This document shows, in pieces, positions 29,388-39,634 of a stretch of 64,000 nucleotides of DNA. Each line of letters starts with the position of its first letter. Within the stretch, counting starts at the first letter, position 1. A model generated the notes under the pieces. It did not search any database, was not told the origin of the DNA, and saw only the letters and a program-made list of their open reading frames with translations. A program made the translations under genes and the position numbers. The stretch is from Gammaproteobacteria bacterium (GTDB lineage Bacteria; Pseudomonadota; Gammaproteobacteria; Pseudomonadales; JAUIET01): the NCBI GenBank assembly GCA_030431775.1, contig JAUIHW010000003.1, positions 109,190 through 173,189 on the forward strand, given 5' to 3'.

Positions 29388-31040
29388 TTACCCTTGCCCC
29401 TGGAACGCCGACTGCTCACGCAGGGTCTGATAGTCCAGCTGCTGGCGCTGCAACATCGTACGTAGATCAGCCTTACGGATTTTCCCACCTGCCGTACGCG
29501 GCATACTTTCAACAGTGAACAAGCATTCTGGACATTGCCTTTTACTCAAGCCTTGCCGAACGGCAAATTGCTGCAGTTCTTCCAGCTGAGGTGCGGGCAA
29601 ATCGGTTTCAAGTACGGCACACAAGCGTTCGCCCAGACGGTTGTCGGCAACGCCAATCACCGCGGCGCTGCGTATCGCTGGGTGCTTGACCAACACGTCT
29701 TCAATAGGTATTGGCGAGATATTGACTCCCCCTCTAACGATCAGATCTTTTAGCCGGCCGGTAATGGTCAAATAGCCCTGCTCGTCGATGCGCGCCAGGT
29801 CTCCGGTGCGAAAGAAGCCATCGGCTGTCAATTCGCTGCGATACAAATCTTCCTGCCCCATATAGCCGATAAACACCCCCGGTCCACGCATGGCCAACTC
29901 GCCTTCCACGTTGCCGGTAATTTCCGCGCCGCCGTCTGGCTCGACAATTTGCAGTTCCAGCCCAGGCAGAGCAATACCGGCCGTACCGGCTACTTTTTCG
30001 GGTGGACTACTGCGGGTGCAGGTAGTCAATCCTCCTTCCGTCATACCCCACAGGTTAGTCACGAAAGTATTGGGAAGTTCCTCGCGGGCCTGCTCAATCA
30101 GCTGCGGTGGTACCGGTGCACCGCCGCACAGGAAGCTACCCAGACTGGCAAATTTCGGGCTACCCGCTGGCTTTTTTGCTGCAAGCAGATCGCGGAGAAA
30201 AGGAGTGGCGGCGGCTGTGAAGCCACATTCATAACGGGCCACAAATTCAATAGCTCGCTCGGGCTGCCAACGCTCCTGCAACACCAGGGGCGCTCCGGTG
30301 TACAGCGCCAGGCGTGCACCGTGATACGCACCCACGCTGTGCCCAAGTGGAGACGCCATGAATATTGCCGCACTGTCTGTCAATGCAAAGCGTTCGGAAA
30401 AGGCCTGGTGTAGGGCCATCAACGTATCGCTGCTGTGCATGACCGCTTTCGGCTTGCCGGTCGTACTGGATGTAAACATCACCAGTTCCAGTAGAGGTTC
30501 GTGCTGAATTGCTGCAGCTACCCGCTCCGTATCTTTGCACCAGCCAAACTGCCCATCATCCCCAAGGCGCATTAGGGACGGTGGCTCTGCACACTGCCGT
30601 TGCGCATCCACCGCGGTAACCAGCGGCGAGTCCGATTGCCCATTGTCACCACTCAAGAGCGCTGCGGCACCTACCCGCCGGCAAATCCCAGCCAGAGCGG
30701 CTGCATCAGTAGTGACCGGTACCGGAACGGGCACCGCTCCCAGCCGCATGATTGCAAGCAAAGCGACCTGCCACTCCGCCCAGTTGTCAGCATACAGAAC
30801 CACTGCGTGCCGGGCTCGTACGCCTCGTTCAGCCAGGTGACTGGAAACTGTACCGGCAACTTTCCACAGCCGGGCATGCGAATACCGGTGACCGCGGTCG
30901 TCCACCACAGCCAGATCGGCAGGACGCGCTTTGACGTGCTGTTGATAGCGACTGAGCAGAGGTTCACCGGTCCACCAGCCCATGGATCGGTACCAGTCGT
31001 AGCGCTGCTTCGCGTTGGTAAAAGTCGGTATCTGGCTCAT
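29388..31040 (-). CDS. AMP-dependent acyl-CoA synthetase/ligase
   Basis: The start MSQIPTF is at 31040. MFTSSTTGKPKAVMHS (P-loop motif), ..GMTEGG.., FRTGDLARIDEQGYLTITGRLKD and ..GKIRK are present. Confidence 0.9.
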   Translation of the reverse strand: MSQIPTFTNAKQRYDWYRSMGWWTGEPLLSRYQQHVKARPADLAVVDDRGHRYSHARLWKVAGTVSSHLAERGVRARHAVVLYADNWAEWQVALLAIMRLGAVPVPVPVTTDAAALAGICRRVGAAALLSGDNGQSDSPLVTAVDAQRQCAEPPSLMRLGDDGQFGWCKDTERVAAAIQHEPLLELVMFTSSTTGKPKAVMHSSDTLMALHQAFSERFALTDSAAIFMASPLGHSVGAYHGARLALYTGAPLVLQERWQPERAIEFVARYECGFTAAATPFLRDLLAAKKPAGSPKFASLGSFLCGGAPVPPQLIEQAREELPNTFVTNLWGMTEGGLTTCTRSSPPEKVAGTAGIALPGLELQIVEPDGGAEITGNVEGELAMRGPGVFIGYMGQEDLYRSELTADGFFRTGDLARIDEQGYLTITGRLKDLIVRGGVNISPIPIEDVLVKHPAIRSAAVIGVADNRLGERLCAVLETDLPAPQLEELQQFAVRQGLSKRQCPECLFTVESMPRTAGGKIRKADLRTMLQRQQLDYQTLREQSAFQGQG

Positions 31041-31136
31041 GCTGAGGGTACCCGGTTTCATGCATCCTAGCATATTTGTGAAACTGATGTCATTTTTTTA
31101 TTTTGCTGGTACACTATCAGAAAACCGGAGATTATT

Positions 31137-32138
31137 ATGAAGATAGGTACCTCTCTGGGCATCAGCCCGCGCGAACCGATTAGTCACTCGGTAGAAGTGG
31201 TTAAAACTGCTGAATCACTTGGCTTTGACGGCGCCTACTTCACCGACGTGCAATTGGCAATGAAGGACTGTTTTTCGGCAATGACCTTGAGCGCTGTGCA
31301 AACGTCGAAAATTCGTCTCGGCACCGGGGTCACCAACCCGATTACCCGGCATCCATCGGTATTGGCGTGCCAGTTCAGCGCACTAAAGGAACTGAGTGAT
31401 GGCCGGGCCGTGCTCGGCATTGGTACCGGCTGGACCGGGGTATTTCCGATCGGCCTGAAGCCCGCTTCCATCAAAGTCATGGAAGACTCCGTGACCGCCA
31501 TTCGCCAGCTGTGTGAAGGTCGTGAAGTGGCCGGTGGCGAGCACGGCGAACCCTACAGGATGAACGTTGCTCAAGGGCCCATCCCGATTTTCGTTGCCGC
31601 TAACCAGCCCAGAATACTGCAGATGTGCGGCCGGGTTGCCGACGGCGTCATTCTGATGGGAGGTGCCAACGAAGCATTCACACAGTGGCAGATTGATCTG
31701 GTGCGCCAAGGTGCCGAATCGGTCGGCCGAGATTTTGCTGACATCGAATTGCACCTTTGGGCGGCCATCGGCATTAATGAAGACCTGGAAAAAAGCCGCG
31801 AGGATGTCAGCCATTGGGCCGCATCCCAGGCTGAAACGTTTCACAAATGGAAAGTACTACCCGATTTTCTGCTGCCTTTTGAGGAAGATTTTGCCAGGGC
31901 CGGCAGTGCGTACAACCGCGAGCATCACCTGTCCTCAAGGGCCGCGCACAAAAACGTGGTGTCGGACGAGTTTATCGATTTTGTCGCCCTCACCGGGGAT
32001 GGGAAAAGCTGCCTTGAACAAATCAGGCAACTGGAGAAACTGGGCTTGCACGGAATGACCCTGTCTTTTAGAGCCGGCGCCGGTGGACGTCGGGCTCGCA
32101 TGGAAGAAATAGCCGAGCATATTATCAGCCAGCTCTAA
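31137..32138 (+). CDS. Luciferase-like (LLM) flavin/deazaflavin-dependent oxidoreductase, Mer-like
   Basis: MKIGTSLG..AESLGFDGAYFTDVQ..IRLGTGVTNPITRHPSVLA..GRAVLGIGTG is the typical LLM TIM-barrel pattern. Confidence 0.75.
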   Translation: MKIGTSLGISPREPISHSVEVVKTAESLGFDGAYFTDVQLAMKDCFSAMTLSAVQTSKIRLGTGVTNPITRHPSVLACQFSALKELSDGRAVLGIGTGWTGVFPIGLKPASIKVMEDSVTAIRQLCEGREVAGGEHGEPYRMNVAQGPIPIFVAANQPRILQMCGRVADGVILMGGANEAFTQWQIDLVRQGAESVGRDFADIELHLWAAIGINEDLEKSREDVSHWAASQAETFHKWKVLPDFLLPFEEDFARAGSAYNREHHLSSRAAHKNVVSDEFIDFVALTGDGKSCLEQIRQLEKLGLHGMTLSFRAGAGGRRARMEEIAEHIISQL

Positions 32139-33547
32139 GCGGCGGGCCGAAGGGGCGGCTCCCTACGTAACATGGCACCGAGAGCCGCCACCAGGCTGAG
32201 CCCACCGAGAATCCACAGGTCCACTCGCAGCCCGGCAACACGTTCCGGCAACACGCCGACGGTGGATGCCAGAAATACCAGCAAGCCTATTGCAGTGGCG
32301 ATCACAATCGGCATGGCAGGACGCTGTGCGCCGAGAACCGCACTGAGAATCATCGGCGCAAGTATGGCGGTACCGGCAAAGCTGACCCGTGCCAGCAGTA
32401 CCAGTTGATCATTGCTGGTGACTGCAACCAGCAGGCCAGCCCCGGCAAAAAAAACTATCGCCAGCTTGGTAATTCTGAGTTTGCGCTGCTCGTTACCATT
32501 CAGCAAAGAACGCAGCTCTGTCCCTAACGCAAATATCTGCGAGTCTGCCGTCGACATGGCTGCGGCGATTAAACCGATTGCGGCGGCCGCGGCCACTATG
32601 GGTGCCTGGTCATAAATAATGGTTTGTGCCAGGAACTCTGTGGTCGGTGCTTTTGGGTACTGTATCGCGCCGTACATACCTATCGGAATAATCATCAAAG
32701 ACAGCAAAACCGCAAAAAAACCGACCCCTATGGCCATTTGGTTAGCAGTTGCCAAGTCACGCAAAATCACAATACGGGTTGACAGCTGCGGTTGGGTAAT
32801 CGGTACGGCCAGAATCACCAGAAACGACGCAAACAGAAATTGCAGGGAAAACAGGCCTTGCGGGCCCGGTACTGACAAAAGAGCCGCGTTTGACTCCCGC
32901 ACCTCGGCAAACAAATTGGCAACGCTGCCAAAATTGGCAATGCAGCCATAGGCAATAACTCCAGTAACCATAAACAGTACACAACCCTGCAGCGAATCCG
33001 CATAGATGATCGCCTTGAGGCCACCGATCTCACTGTAGACCAACATTGCCGTTACGATCGCCAGGGCCCATGCCCAAACCGGCAGCGTGTCAGGGAAGGC
33101 CGCATTCATGAAAATACCGATACCGCGAATCTGCACCGCAACATATGGCACCAGAAAGATGAATACGCCAAGTAAATAGATATAGCCGGCCCAGCGATTG
33201 CGGTAACACTTGACCAGTAAGCCTGCCATACCCTGAAAACCTTCTGCTCTGGCACGACGACGCAAATGCAGTGCGAACCAGATCAGCACAAACGCCATCG
33301 CCGCATCGGCAACTGCCAGAAAAATCCATGCACCAATTCCATGCGTGCGATAAAAGTCCGGCATCCCGAGTAAAGTGAAGGTGCTGAACAACGTGGCCGA
33401 GAACGTCAGAAACCCGAAAATGGCGCCAATCTTTGAGCCAGCCATAACATAGTCGTCAGCACTTTTAACCCGACGCCTGGCATCCAGTGTGGCATATACC
33501 AGGGCCGCAACGTAGCAGGCGCCCAGCACCATGAGCCAGCCGCTCAT
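32135..33547 (-). CDS. Sodium:solute symporter (SSF) family transporter
   Basis: The protein is 470 aa with about 13 hydrophobic helices. The pattern ..GSKIGAIFGFLTFSATLFSTFTLLGMP.. is typical of SSF. Confidence 0.8.
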   Translation of the reverse strand: MSGWLMVLGACYVAALVYATLDARRRVKSADDYVMAGSKIGAIFGFLTFSATLFSTFTLLGMPDFYRTHGIGAWIFLAVADAAMAFVLIWFALHLRRRARAEGFQGMAGLLVKCYRNRWAGYIYLLGVFIFLVPYVAVQIRGIGIFMNAAFPDTLPVWAWALAIVTAMLVYSEIGGLKAIIYADSLQGCVLFMVTGVIAYGCIANFGSVANLFAEVRESNAALLSVPGPQGLFSLQFLFASFLVILAVPITQPQLSTRIVILRDLATANQMAIGVGFFAVLLSLMIIPIGMYGAIQYPKAPTTEFLAQTIIYDQAPIVAAAAAIGLIAAAMSTADSQIFALGTELRSLLNGNEQRKLRITKLAIVFFAGAGLLVAVTSNDQLVLLARVSFAGTAILAPMILSAVLGAQRPAMPIVIATAIGLLVFLASTVGVLPERVAGLRVDLWILGGLSLVAALGAMLRREPPLRPAA

Positions 33548-33792
33548 GAGCGGTTCTCCGTTTCATCGGGATCTTCTGGTTCGGAGTTCCTGCTGCGTAT
33601 GCTGGCTGCCACAATCGTCAGTATCAGAAAAGCGAAAGCCAGTAGAATGCTGACCCAAAGGGTATAGGGCAGGCCAAGCAGAAAAGGGCTTATCCTGCCC
33701 GGCGCGAGATTCCAGGGACTGAACGTAAATACGCACAGCATGAAAAAGATAGCCGAACAATATTGCCAGCTGCGTGATCGCTTGGCTTGCAT
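33544..33792 (-). CDS. DUF3311-like small membrane protein (accessory subunit commonly paired with SSF transporters)
   Basis: There are two TM helices (..FTFSPWNLAPGRISPFLLGLPYTLWVSILLAFAFLILT..) and a 4-nt overlap with the symporter gene. Confidence 0.6.
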   Translation of the reverse strand: MQAKRSRSWQYCSAIFFMLCVFTFSPWNLAPGRISPFLLGLPYTLWVSILLAFAFLILTIVAASIRSRNSEPEDPDETENRS

Positions 33793-33939
33793 GGTTTCTA
33801 ACCCCGGCCAGTACGTAGCGCGTATTATGTCACGATGACGGCATAAGTAATAGTGATATCACTTTTTTGTGTGCGATAATATTCCGGTATTGGCGCACCC
33901 GCGCGTACGCACTTTTTCAGATCCACAGGGTTTAACGGC

Positions 33940-35160
33940 ATGCACAAACCACTCAGCGGATACCGTGTACTGGACCTCAGCCGGATTTTGGCTGGACCGT
34001 GGGCCACGCAATTACTCGCCGACCTTGGTGCGGATGTCATCAAGGTTGAGCGCCCTGGCCAGGGCGATGACACCCGCGGTTGGGGGCCGCCCTACCTGCA
34101 AGACCGGGCCGGCGAAGATACCAGTGATGCAGCCTACTTTTGCTGTGCGAATCGCAACAAGCGCTCCATTACAATCGACATCAACCAGGCGGAAGGCGCC
34201 AAACTGGTCCGTGACCTGGCGCGCCAATCAGATGTATTGGTGGAAAATTTCAAGACTGGCGGACTGAAGAAGTACCAGCTTGATTATGCGAGCATTCAAG
34301 CCATCAACCCGCGGCTGGTGTATTGCTCGATTACCGGCTTCGGCCAGACCGGCCCGCTGGCACAACGGGCGGGTTATGATTTTCTTATTCAGGGTATGGC
34401 CGGGCTGATGAGTATCACCGGCGAACCGGACTCAGCCGGTGGTATGCCCACCAAAGTCGGTGTTGCTGTGTCTGACCTGTTTACCGGGTTGTATGCTGCC
34501 AACGCGGTGCAGGCCGCGTTGCTGGAACGCGCAACCTCCGGCGAAGGGCAGTACATTGATCTGGCGCTGCTGGACGTGCAGGCAGCCGTCCTGGCCAACC
34601 AGGCCAGCAATTACCTGGTCGGCAACATGGTGCCGCAACGCCTGGGGAACGCGCACCCGAATATAGTACCTTATCAGGCGTTCGCCAGTGCCGACGGACA
34701 TATTATCCTGGCGGTCGGCAATGATCAGCAGTTTCAGAGCTTTTGCAACGCGGCCGCTCGGCCGGACCTCGCCAGCTCGGATCTGTACCAGACCAATCGA
34801 CTAAGAGTGGAAAACCGGGAAACCCTGTGCGCCACAATTGCCGATACCATACGGGCACACTCAACCCGGTACTGGATCGACCTGCTGGAGCAGGCTGGTG
34901 TGCCCTGCGGGCCGATTAACAGCATTGACCAAGTGTTTGCCGCGCCGCAAATCAAGGCGCGCAATATGCGGGTGTCCATTCCTGAGCCCAGAAGTGGCCA
35001 CATCGAACTGGCGGCCAACCCGATCAGGTTCAGCCGCACACCGATCAGCTACGACCGTCCACCGCCGCAGTTGGGTGAAAGCACCGACGAGGTTCTGACA
35101 GAACTGTTAGGGTACTCGGAAAGTAAAATCGTCGAGCTGCGCAACAAAGGCGTAATTTAG
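33940..35160 (+). CDS. Class III (CaiB/BaiF) CoA-transferase
   Basis: LSGYRVLDLSRILAGPWATQLLADLGADVIKVERPGQGDDTRGWGPP..YFCCANRNKRSITIDI is present. Confidence 0.9.
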   Translation: MHKPLSGYRVLDLSRILAGPWATQLLADLGADVIKVERPGQGDDTRGWGPPYLQDRAGEDTSDAAYFCCANRNKRSITIDINQAEGAKLVRDLARQSDVLVENFKTGGLKKYQLDYASIQAINPRLVYCSITGFGQTGPLAQRAGYDFLIQGMAGLMSITGEPDSAGGMPTKVGVAVSDLFTGLYAANAVQAALLERATSGEGQYIDLALLDVQAAVLANQASNYLVGNMVPQRLGNAHPNIVPYQAFASADGHIILAVGNDQQFQSFCNAAARPDLASSDLYQTNRLRVENRETLCATIADTIRAHSTRYWIDLLEQAGVPCGPINSIDQVFAAPQIKARNMRVSIPEPRSGHIELAANPIRFSRTPISYDRPPPQLGESTDEVLTELLGYSESKIVELRNKGVI

Positions 35161-35164
35161 TGAT

Positions 35165-36481
35165 CTAGCTCCAACCCGGAATCCATTTGGTGCCCGCCAG
35201 GGGCACTCTGGCCATTGCGGCGGCTTCCACCGATACCGCCACCAGATCCTCAGGCTCAAGATTCAACACGTGTGATTTACCGCAGGCGCGCGCTATGGTC
35301 TGTGCTTCCAGGGTAATACACTGCAAGTAATTCGCCAGACGCCGGCCGCCCAGTTCCGGGTCGAGTTGGCTCATAAGGTCCGGATCTTGAGTGGATATTC
35401 CGGCTGGGCAAAGCCCTTCGTGATAATCGTCGTAGAAACCCGCCGCCGAACCGATGTCACGATACTGGTCATCATAATTCGGATGATTGCAGCCCAGAGC
35501 AATTAATGCGGCCGTACCGATCGACACGGCATCTGCACCCATCGCCAGACATTTCGCCACATCGGCACCATTGCGGATACCTCCCGACACGACCAGCTGC
35601 ACTTTGCGGTGCATGTCCATTTCCTGTAGCGCCTGAACCGCTTCCGGTATGGCCGCCAGCGTGGGAATACCGACGTGCTCGATAAACACGTCCTGCGTGG
35701 CGGCGGTGCCTCCTTGCATCCCGTCAAGCACAATGACATCAGCACCGGCCTTAACGGCCAGCTTAACGTCATAGTAGGTGCGCGTTGCACCGATTTTCAT
35801 ATAGATCGGCACGCGCCAATCCGTGATTTCACGCAACTCGATCACTTTGATAGCCAGGTCATCCGGGCCGGTCCAGTCCGGGTGCCGGCAGGCACTTCGC
35901 TGGTCCACGCCTTTCGGCAAGGTACGCATTTGAGCAACACGATCGGTTATCTTCTGCCCCAGCAGCATGCCGCCACCACCGGGTTTGGCACCCTGACCCA
36001 GCACTATTTCTATCGCGTCCGCTTTGCGCAGATCGTCGGGGTTCATGCCGTAGCGCGATGGCAGATACTGATAGACCAGCTTGTTGGAGTGGCCCCGTTC
36101 CTCGGGGGTCATACCACCATCACCGGTAGTCGTCGATGTGCCCATCAGGTTGGCGCCACGCCCCAGCGCTTCTTTGGCATTGGCGCTGAGGGCGCCAAAG
36201 CTCATACCAGCGATGGTAATGGGAATATCAATCTTTACAGGTCGCTTCGCAAAGCGGTCCCCAAGGGTCACATCGGTCGCGCATTTTTCTCGATAGCCTT
36301 CAAGCGGATAGCGCGACATGCTCGCACCCAAAAAAAGCAGGTCATCAAAATGCGGCAGCTTGCGCTTGGCGCCAAAGCCGCGAATATCATAAATACCCGT
36401 GGTAGCCGCCCGGTCAATCTCTGCTATCGTTCGTCGATCAAACAGCGCGGATTCAACCAGCCCTGGCGCTTTTGGCTTCAT
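35165..36481 (-). CDS. mgsC: Glutamate-synthase FMN-binding domain protein (N-methylglutamate synthase subunit C-like)
   Basis: ..ITIAGMSFGALSANAKEALGRGA..VLGQGAKPGGGGMLLG..VVSGGIRNGADVAKCLAMGADAV.. corresponds to GltB domain 2. Confidence 0.8.
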   Translation of the reverse strand: MKPKAPGLVESALFDRRTIAEIDRAATTGIYDIRGFGAKRKLPHFDDLLFLGASMSRYPLEGYREKCATDVTLGDRFAKRPVKIDIPITIAGMSFGALSANAKEALGRGANLMGTSTTTGDGGMTPEERGHSNKLVYQYLPSRYGMNPDDLRKADAIEIVLGQGAKPGGGGMLLGQKITDRVAQMRTLPKGVDQRSACRHPDWTGPDDLAIKVIELREITDWRVPIYMKIGATRTYYDVKLAVKAGADVIVLDGMQGGTAATQDVFIEHVGIPTLAAIPEAVQALQEMDMHRKVQLVVSGGIRNGADVAKCLAMGADAVSIGTAALIALGCNHPNYDDQYRDIGSAAGFYDDYHEGLCPAGISTQDPDLMSQLDPELGGRRLANYLQCITLEAQTIARACGKSHVLNLEPEDLVAVSVEAAAMARVPLAGTKWIPGWS

Positions 36482-37182
36482 CGTGACACCTCCGGTAGTA
36501 CTGCGTTGTCGACGCTGAAGTTATACAGCGATTTGTCACTGCCGTACTGCGCGAATTGAGCCGGATCAATGTCGATTTCAGCCTTAGCCAACAGGTCCGA
36601 CAGAATCGACAGATCCTCGGCGGTGCTGGTTTTCCGTTCGCAGCCGGCCCCCAGCGATTCAACTTCTCCGAGCACAAAGATTCGGGTTTCATACAGCGAA
36701 TCCCCCAAGGCTTCACCGGCATCACCACATACCACCAGTGTGCCGGCCTGAGCCATGAAGCAACTCATGTGACCCACACTGCCTTTCACGACAATACTGC
36801 CACCTTTCAGCGAAATGCCGCAGCGAGCAGCGGCGTCACCATCAACAATTAATAAACCACCGTGTGCCGTTGCACCGGCTGACTGGCTGGCATTCCCGGT
36901 TACATGGACCGTGCCGGACATCATGTTTTCTGCGACACCGACACCTACATTGCCATGCACCGTCACTGTCCCACGTTGATGCATGCCGGCACAATAGTAA
37001 CCCGCATGCCCCTGCAGACTAACGTTTATGTTATGGGTTATACCACAGGCAAGTGCATGCTGACCTTTTACGTTGAGGACATTGAAACTCTCACCATCGC
37101 TTTGCACATCGTGCAGAGCCTGGTTCAATTCCCGTACTGAATGCAGGTCACAATCGAAATTTCTCATAGTTAACTCTGTCAC
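36478..37182 (-). CDS. mgsB: GXGXG-motif (glutamate synthase alpha C-terminal beta-helix) protein, subunit B-like
   Basis: Repeated G-x-G turns are seen: GHAGYYCAGM..VHGNVGVGVAENM..VTGNASQSAGATAHGGLLIVDGDAAARCGISLKGGSIVVKGSVG. Confidence 0.8.
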   Translation of the reverse strand: MTELTMRNFDCDLHSVRELNQALHDVQSDGESFNVLNVKGQHALACGITHNINVSLQGHAGYYCAGMHQRGTVTVHGNVGVGVAENMMSGTVHVTGNASQSAGATAHGGLLIVDGDAAARCGISLKGGSIVVKGSVGHMSCFMAQAGTLVVCGDAGEALGDSLYETRIFVLGEVESLGAGCERKTSTAEDLSILSDLLAKAEIDIDPAQFAQYGSDKSLYNFSVDNAVLPEVSR

Positions 37183-37202
37183 TGTTTACATATATGCCAT
37201 GT

Positions 37203-38108
37203 TCAGGCAGCGACCTGTTCGCCCCAGACATAAACCCTCGCGGGCTCGGGTTCCCACAATCGAGCCGACTCGATTCCCGGCAAATGGGCCAGAGACTGGT
37301 ATTCGGACGCAATAGCCACGTAGTCATCTGTTTCCGCCATTACCGCAGGCTTGCAGGCAATGGGGTCCCGCAGCACCGCAAATCCATTTTTCGTGCCGAT
37401 CGCCAGGGTATAAAAACCATCCAGATCGCGCAGTGCGTGCTCCAGGGCTTCCTCCAGTGCATCGCCCTCCTGAAGCCGCCATGTGAGGTAGCCCGCTGCC
37501 ACCTCGGTATCGTTATCAGTTTCGAATTGAATGCCTTTGCGGCGCAGCACTTCGCGTAAGCGGTTATGGTTAGAGAACGAGCCGTTGTGCACCAGACACA
37601 GATCCATTCCGGTTGAAAACGGATGTGACCCTTCGGTTGTAACGTCACTCTCCGTTGCCATTCGCGTATGGCCGATAATATGACTGCCACTCATACCCAC
37701 CAATCCATATTGCGCGACAATATCCACTGGCAAACCGGCTTCTTTCAGTATTTCGATAGAATGACCTATGCTCATGATGCGCAAGTCCGGGTGTTCTTTT
37801 TCCAGAACGTCACGTATTTCCTGCTCACCGGCTTTTATTTCAACTACCGCTGCATTAGCATTTGGCGTAACAAGAATATCATCGCCCACCGCACCAAGGG
37901 ATTCCTGCACAGCGGACCAATCCCGATCGATGGCTGTACTTTGCAAGGTCACCTTGATAGTAGAGTCATCCGCCGGCCGCCGATAAATTGCAAAGCCGGC
38001 ACTGTCGGGCCCGCGACCACTCATAGCAACCAGCATCGGAGCAAACATTTCCCCCAGCCGGGGTTCCAGAGCAGGGTTTTTTAAGTACAAACCAACTATG
38101 CCGCACAT
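37203..38108 (-). CDS. mgsA: Class-II glutamine amidotransferase, subunit A-like
   Basis: The N-terminal nucleophile is MCGIVGLY, with ..GRGPDSAGFAIY..HTRMATES.. Confidence 0.8.
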   Translation of the reverse strand: MCGIVGLYLKNPALEPRLGEMFAPMLVAMSGRGPDSAGFAIYRRPADDSTIKVTLQSTAIDRDWSAVQESLGAVGDDILVTPNANAAVVEIKAGEQEIRDVLEKEHPDLRIMSIGHSIEILKEAGLPVDIVAQYGLVGMSGSHIIGHTRMATESDVTTEGSHPFSTGMDLCLVHNGSFSNHNRLREVLRRKGIQFETDNDTEVAAGYLTWRLQEGDALEEALEHALRDLDGFYTLAIGTKNGFAVLRDPIACKPAVMAETDDYVAIASEYQSLAHLPGIESARLWEPEPARVYVWGEQVAA

Positions 38109-38163
38109 CGATCTCTCTCACTCATGCAGTTTTAAAATGAAAAGCTAGCAGTGTCCGCCTGGC

Positions 38164-39498
38164 CTAGAAAAACTCGGCGTAATGCTCCAGTTCCCACTCC
38201 GACACCTGACGCTGGTACTCTACCCACTCCATGCTTTTGAGCTTCATGAATTCCTCCATTAACCCTTCACCCAGTTGCTCCGCGAATAACGAATCAGTTT
38301 GCAGGTCTACCAGCGCTTCGTGCAGGCTTTGCGGCAGCGTATGCACCCCCATCTCGGCCAGCTCTTCCGCGCTCTGGGTGTAATGGTTGATGTTTCTGGG
38401 TTCACCCGGATCAAGTTTGCGATCGACCCCGTCCAGGCCAGCGGCTATCACGGCTGCATGCACCAGGTACGGGTTGCAACCGGCATCCGCCAGGCGCAGT
38501 TCCAGACGCCCATAAGGCACCCGCACCATGGAAGAGCGGTTATTATCACCGTAGGAAATATAAGCGGGAGCCCAGGTCGCACCGGACAGCGCATTGCCAA
38601 CAACAAGGCGCTTGTAGGAATTAACGGTGGGCGCTGCTATCGCACACAGGGCGCGCGCATGATGAATAAGCCCACCCATCCAATGATAGGCAACGGGCGA
38701 CAAGCCAAGGCCATTTTTGTCATTGTCGTCGCTGAAAATATTGGCGTTGTCTTCGGTCGCAATCGACATATGCATATGCATGCCGTTACCGGTACGTGTG
38801 GCCGCCGGTTTGGGCATAAACGAACAGATCATTCCCATCTCATTGGCAATTTCGCTGCCAGCCATACGAACCAGCACAAAACGATCACAGGAACTCAGGG
38901 CATCACTGTAGGTGTAGTTGATCTCAAACTGACCGTTCGCGTCCTCGTGATCAATCTGATAGACATCCAGGCCTATTTCCTGCAAAGAACCCACGAATTT
39001 TTCAAGAAACGCCCGCGACCGGGAGAGGCCCTTGTAGTCATAGCAGGGCTTGTCAAGACGATCGGTGTCGTCTGCGAGCACAATTCGCCCCGCTTCATTG
39101 CGCTTTAGCAGGCAAAACTCCGGTTCAAGGCCAGTGTTGAGCGTCCAGCCTCGTTCGTTCAAGCGTTCGATCTGGGTCAGCAATACCTGGCGTGAGTCCA
39201 GCGGGTGCGGCTGGTCATTGACGTGGCCGGTACAGGCGATACGTGCATAACCCGGCTGCCAGGGCACCAGGCTCAGACTGCTGAGGTCACCGCGTGCCAT
39301 GAAATCCGGGGAATGCGGTTCCTGCCCAAGCCCCCAGACCGCGAAGCCGGCGAAACCGGCCCCATCAGTGACGACATCCTCCAGACAGTGTGCCGGAACC
39401 GATTTGGTCTTGGCCACACCGTGGATGTCTACAAACTGTGCCAGAACGAACTTGATGTTGTGTTCTTTCAGAAACTTCTTGGCTTGCTCTAGGTTCAT
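38164..39498 (-). CDS. gmaS: Type III glutamine-synthetase-like gamma-glutamyl-amide synthetase (GmaS/GlnT-like)
   Basis: ..[77 protein letters not shown].. is the GS catalytic core; the protein is 444 aa. Confidence 0.8.
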   Translation of the reverse strand: MNLEQAKKFLKEHNIKFVLAQFVDIHGVAKTKSVPAHCLEDVVTDGAGFAGFAVWGLGQEPHSPDFMARGDLSSLSLVPWQPGYARIACTGHVNDQPHPLDSRQVLLTQIERLNERGWTLNTGLEPEFCLLKRNEAGRIVLADDTDRLDKPCYDYKGLSRSRAFLEKFVGSLQEIGLDVYQIDHEDANGQFEINYTYSDALSSCDRFVLVRMAGSEIANEMGMICSFMPKPAATRTGNGMHMHMSIATEDNANIFSDDNDKNGLGLSPVAYHWMGGLIHHARALCAIAAPTVNSYKRLVVGNALSGATWAPAYISYGDNNRSSMVRVPYGRLELRLADAGCNPYLVHAAVIAAGLDGVDRKLDPGEPRNINHYTQSAEELAEMGVHTLPQSLHEALVDLQTDSLFAEQLGEGLMEEFMKLKSMEWVEYQRQVSEWELEHYAEFF

Positions 39499-39634
39499 GT
39501 GGGACCCCTCTTCTGTGTGAGCTACTATGTGCGAGCCTGGACGCGCGATTTATGGATAGACTCGGCGTTTTATTACCAGTAGAAAAACAATATTACTATC
39601 AGTAAACTTTTACGACAAGCACCCCGGACAATTC

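Noticed and set aside
31067-31110. CRP-like half sites (TGTGAaactgaTGTCA) and the imperfect palindrome CTGGTACACTATCAG between the ligase and LLM genes; the 8-mer ACTATCAG also occurs at 39595-39602 upstream of the XRE-cupin gene
   Set aside because: The right CRP half-site has 2/5 mismatches. The palindrome has two mismatched pairs. A shared 8-mer between two roughly 100-bp regions is expected by chance.
35675-36559. Long antisense ORFs inside well-supported genes (for example 35675-36559 +, 38299-39108 +, 43086-43889 -, 47058-47750 +, 10154-10681 +)
   Set aside because: Their translations are Arg/Gly/His-rich with no recognisable motifs, and they mirror the codon phase of the real gene on the other strand. 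This is typical of GC-rich DNA.
39499-39634. Looked for a sigma54 (GG-N10-GC) nitrogen-regulated promoter upstream of the gmaS-like gene
   Set aside because: The best candidate (AGGCTCG-CACA-TAGTA) lacks the conserved -12 GC and has the wrong spacing.
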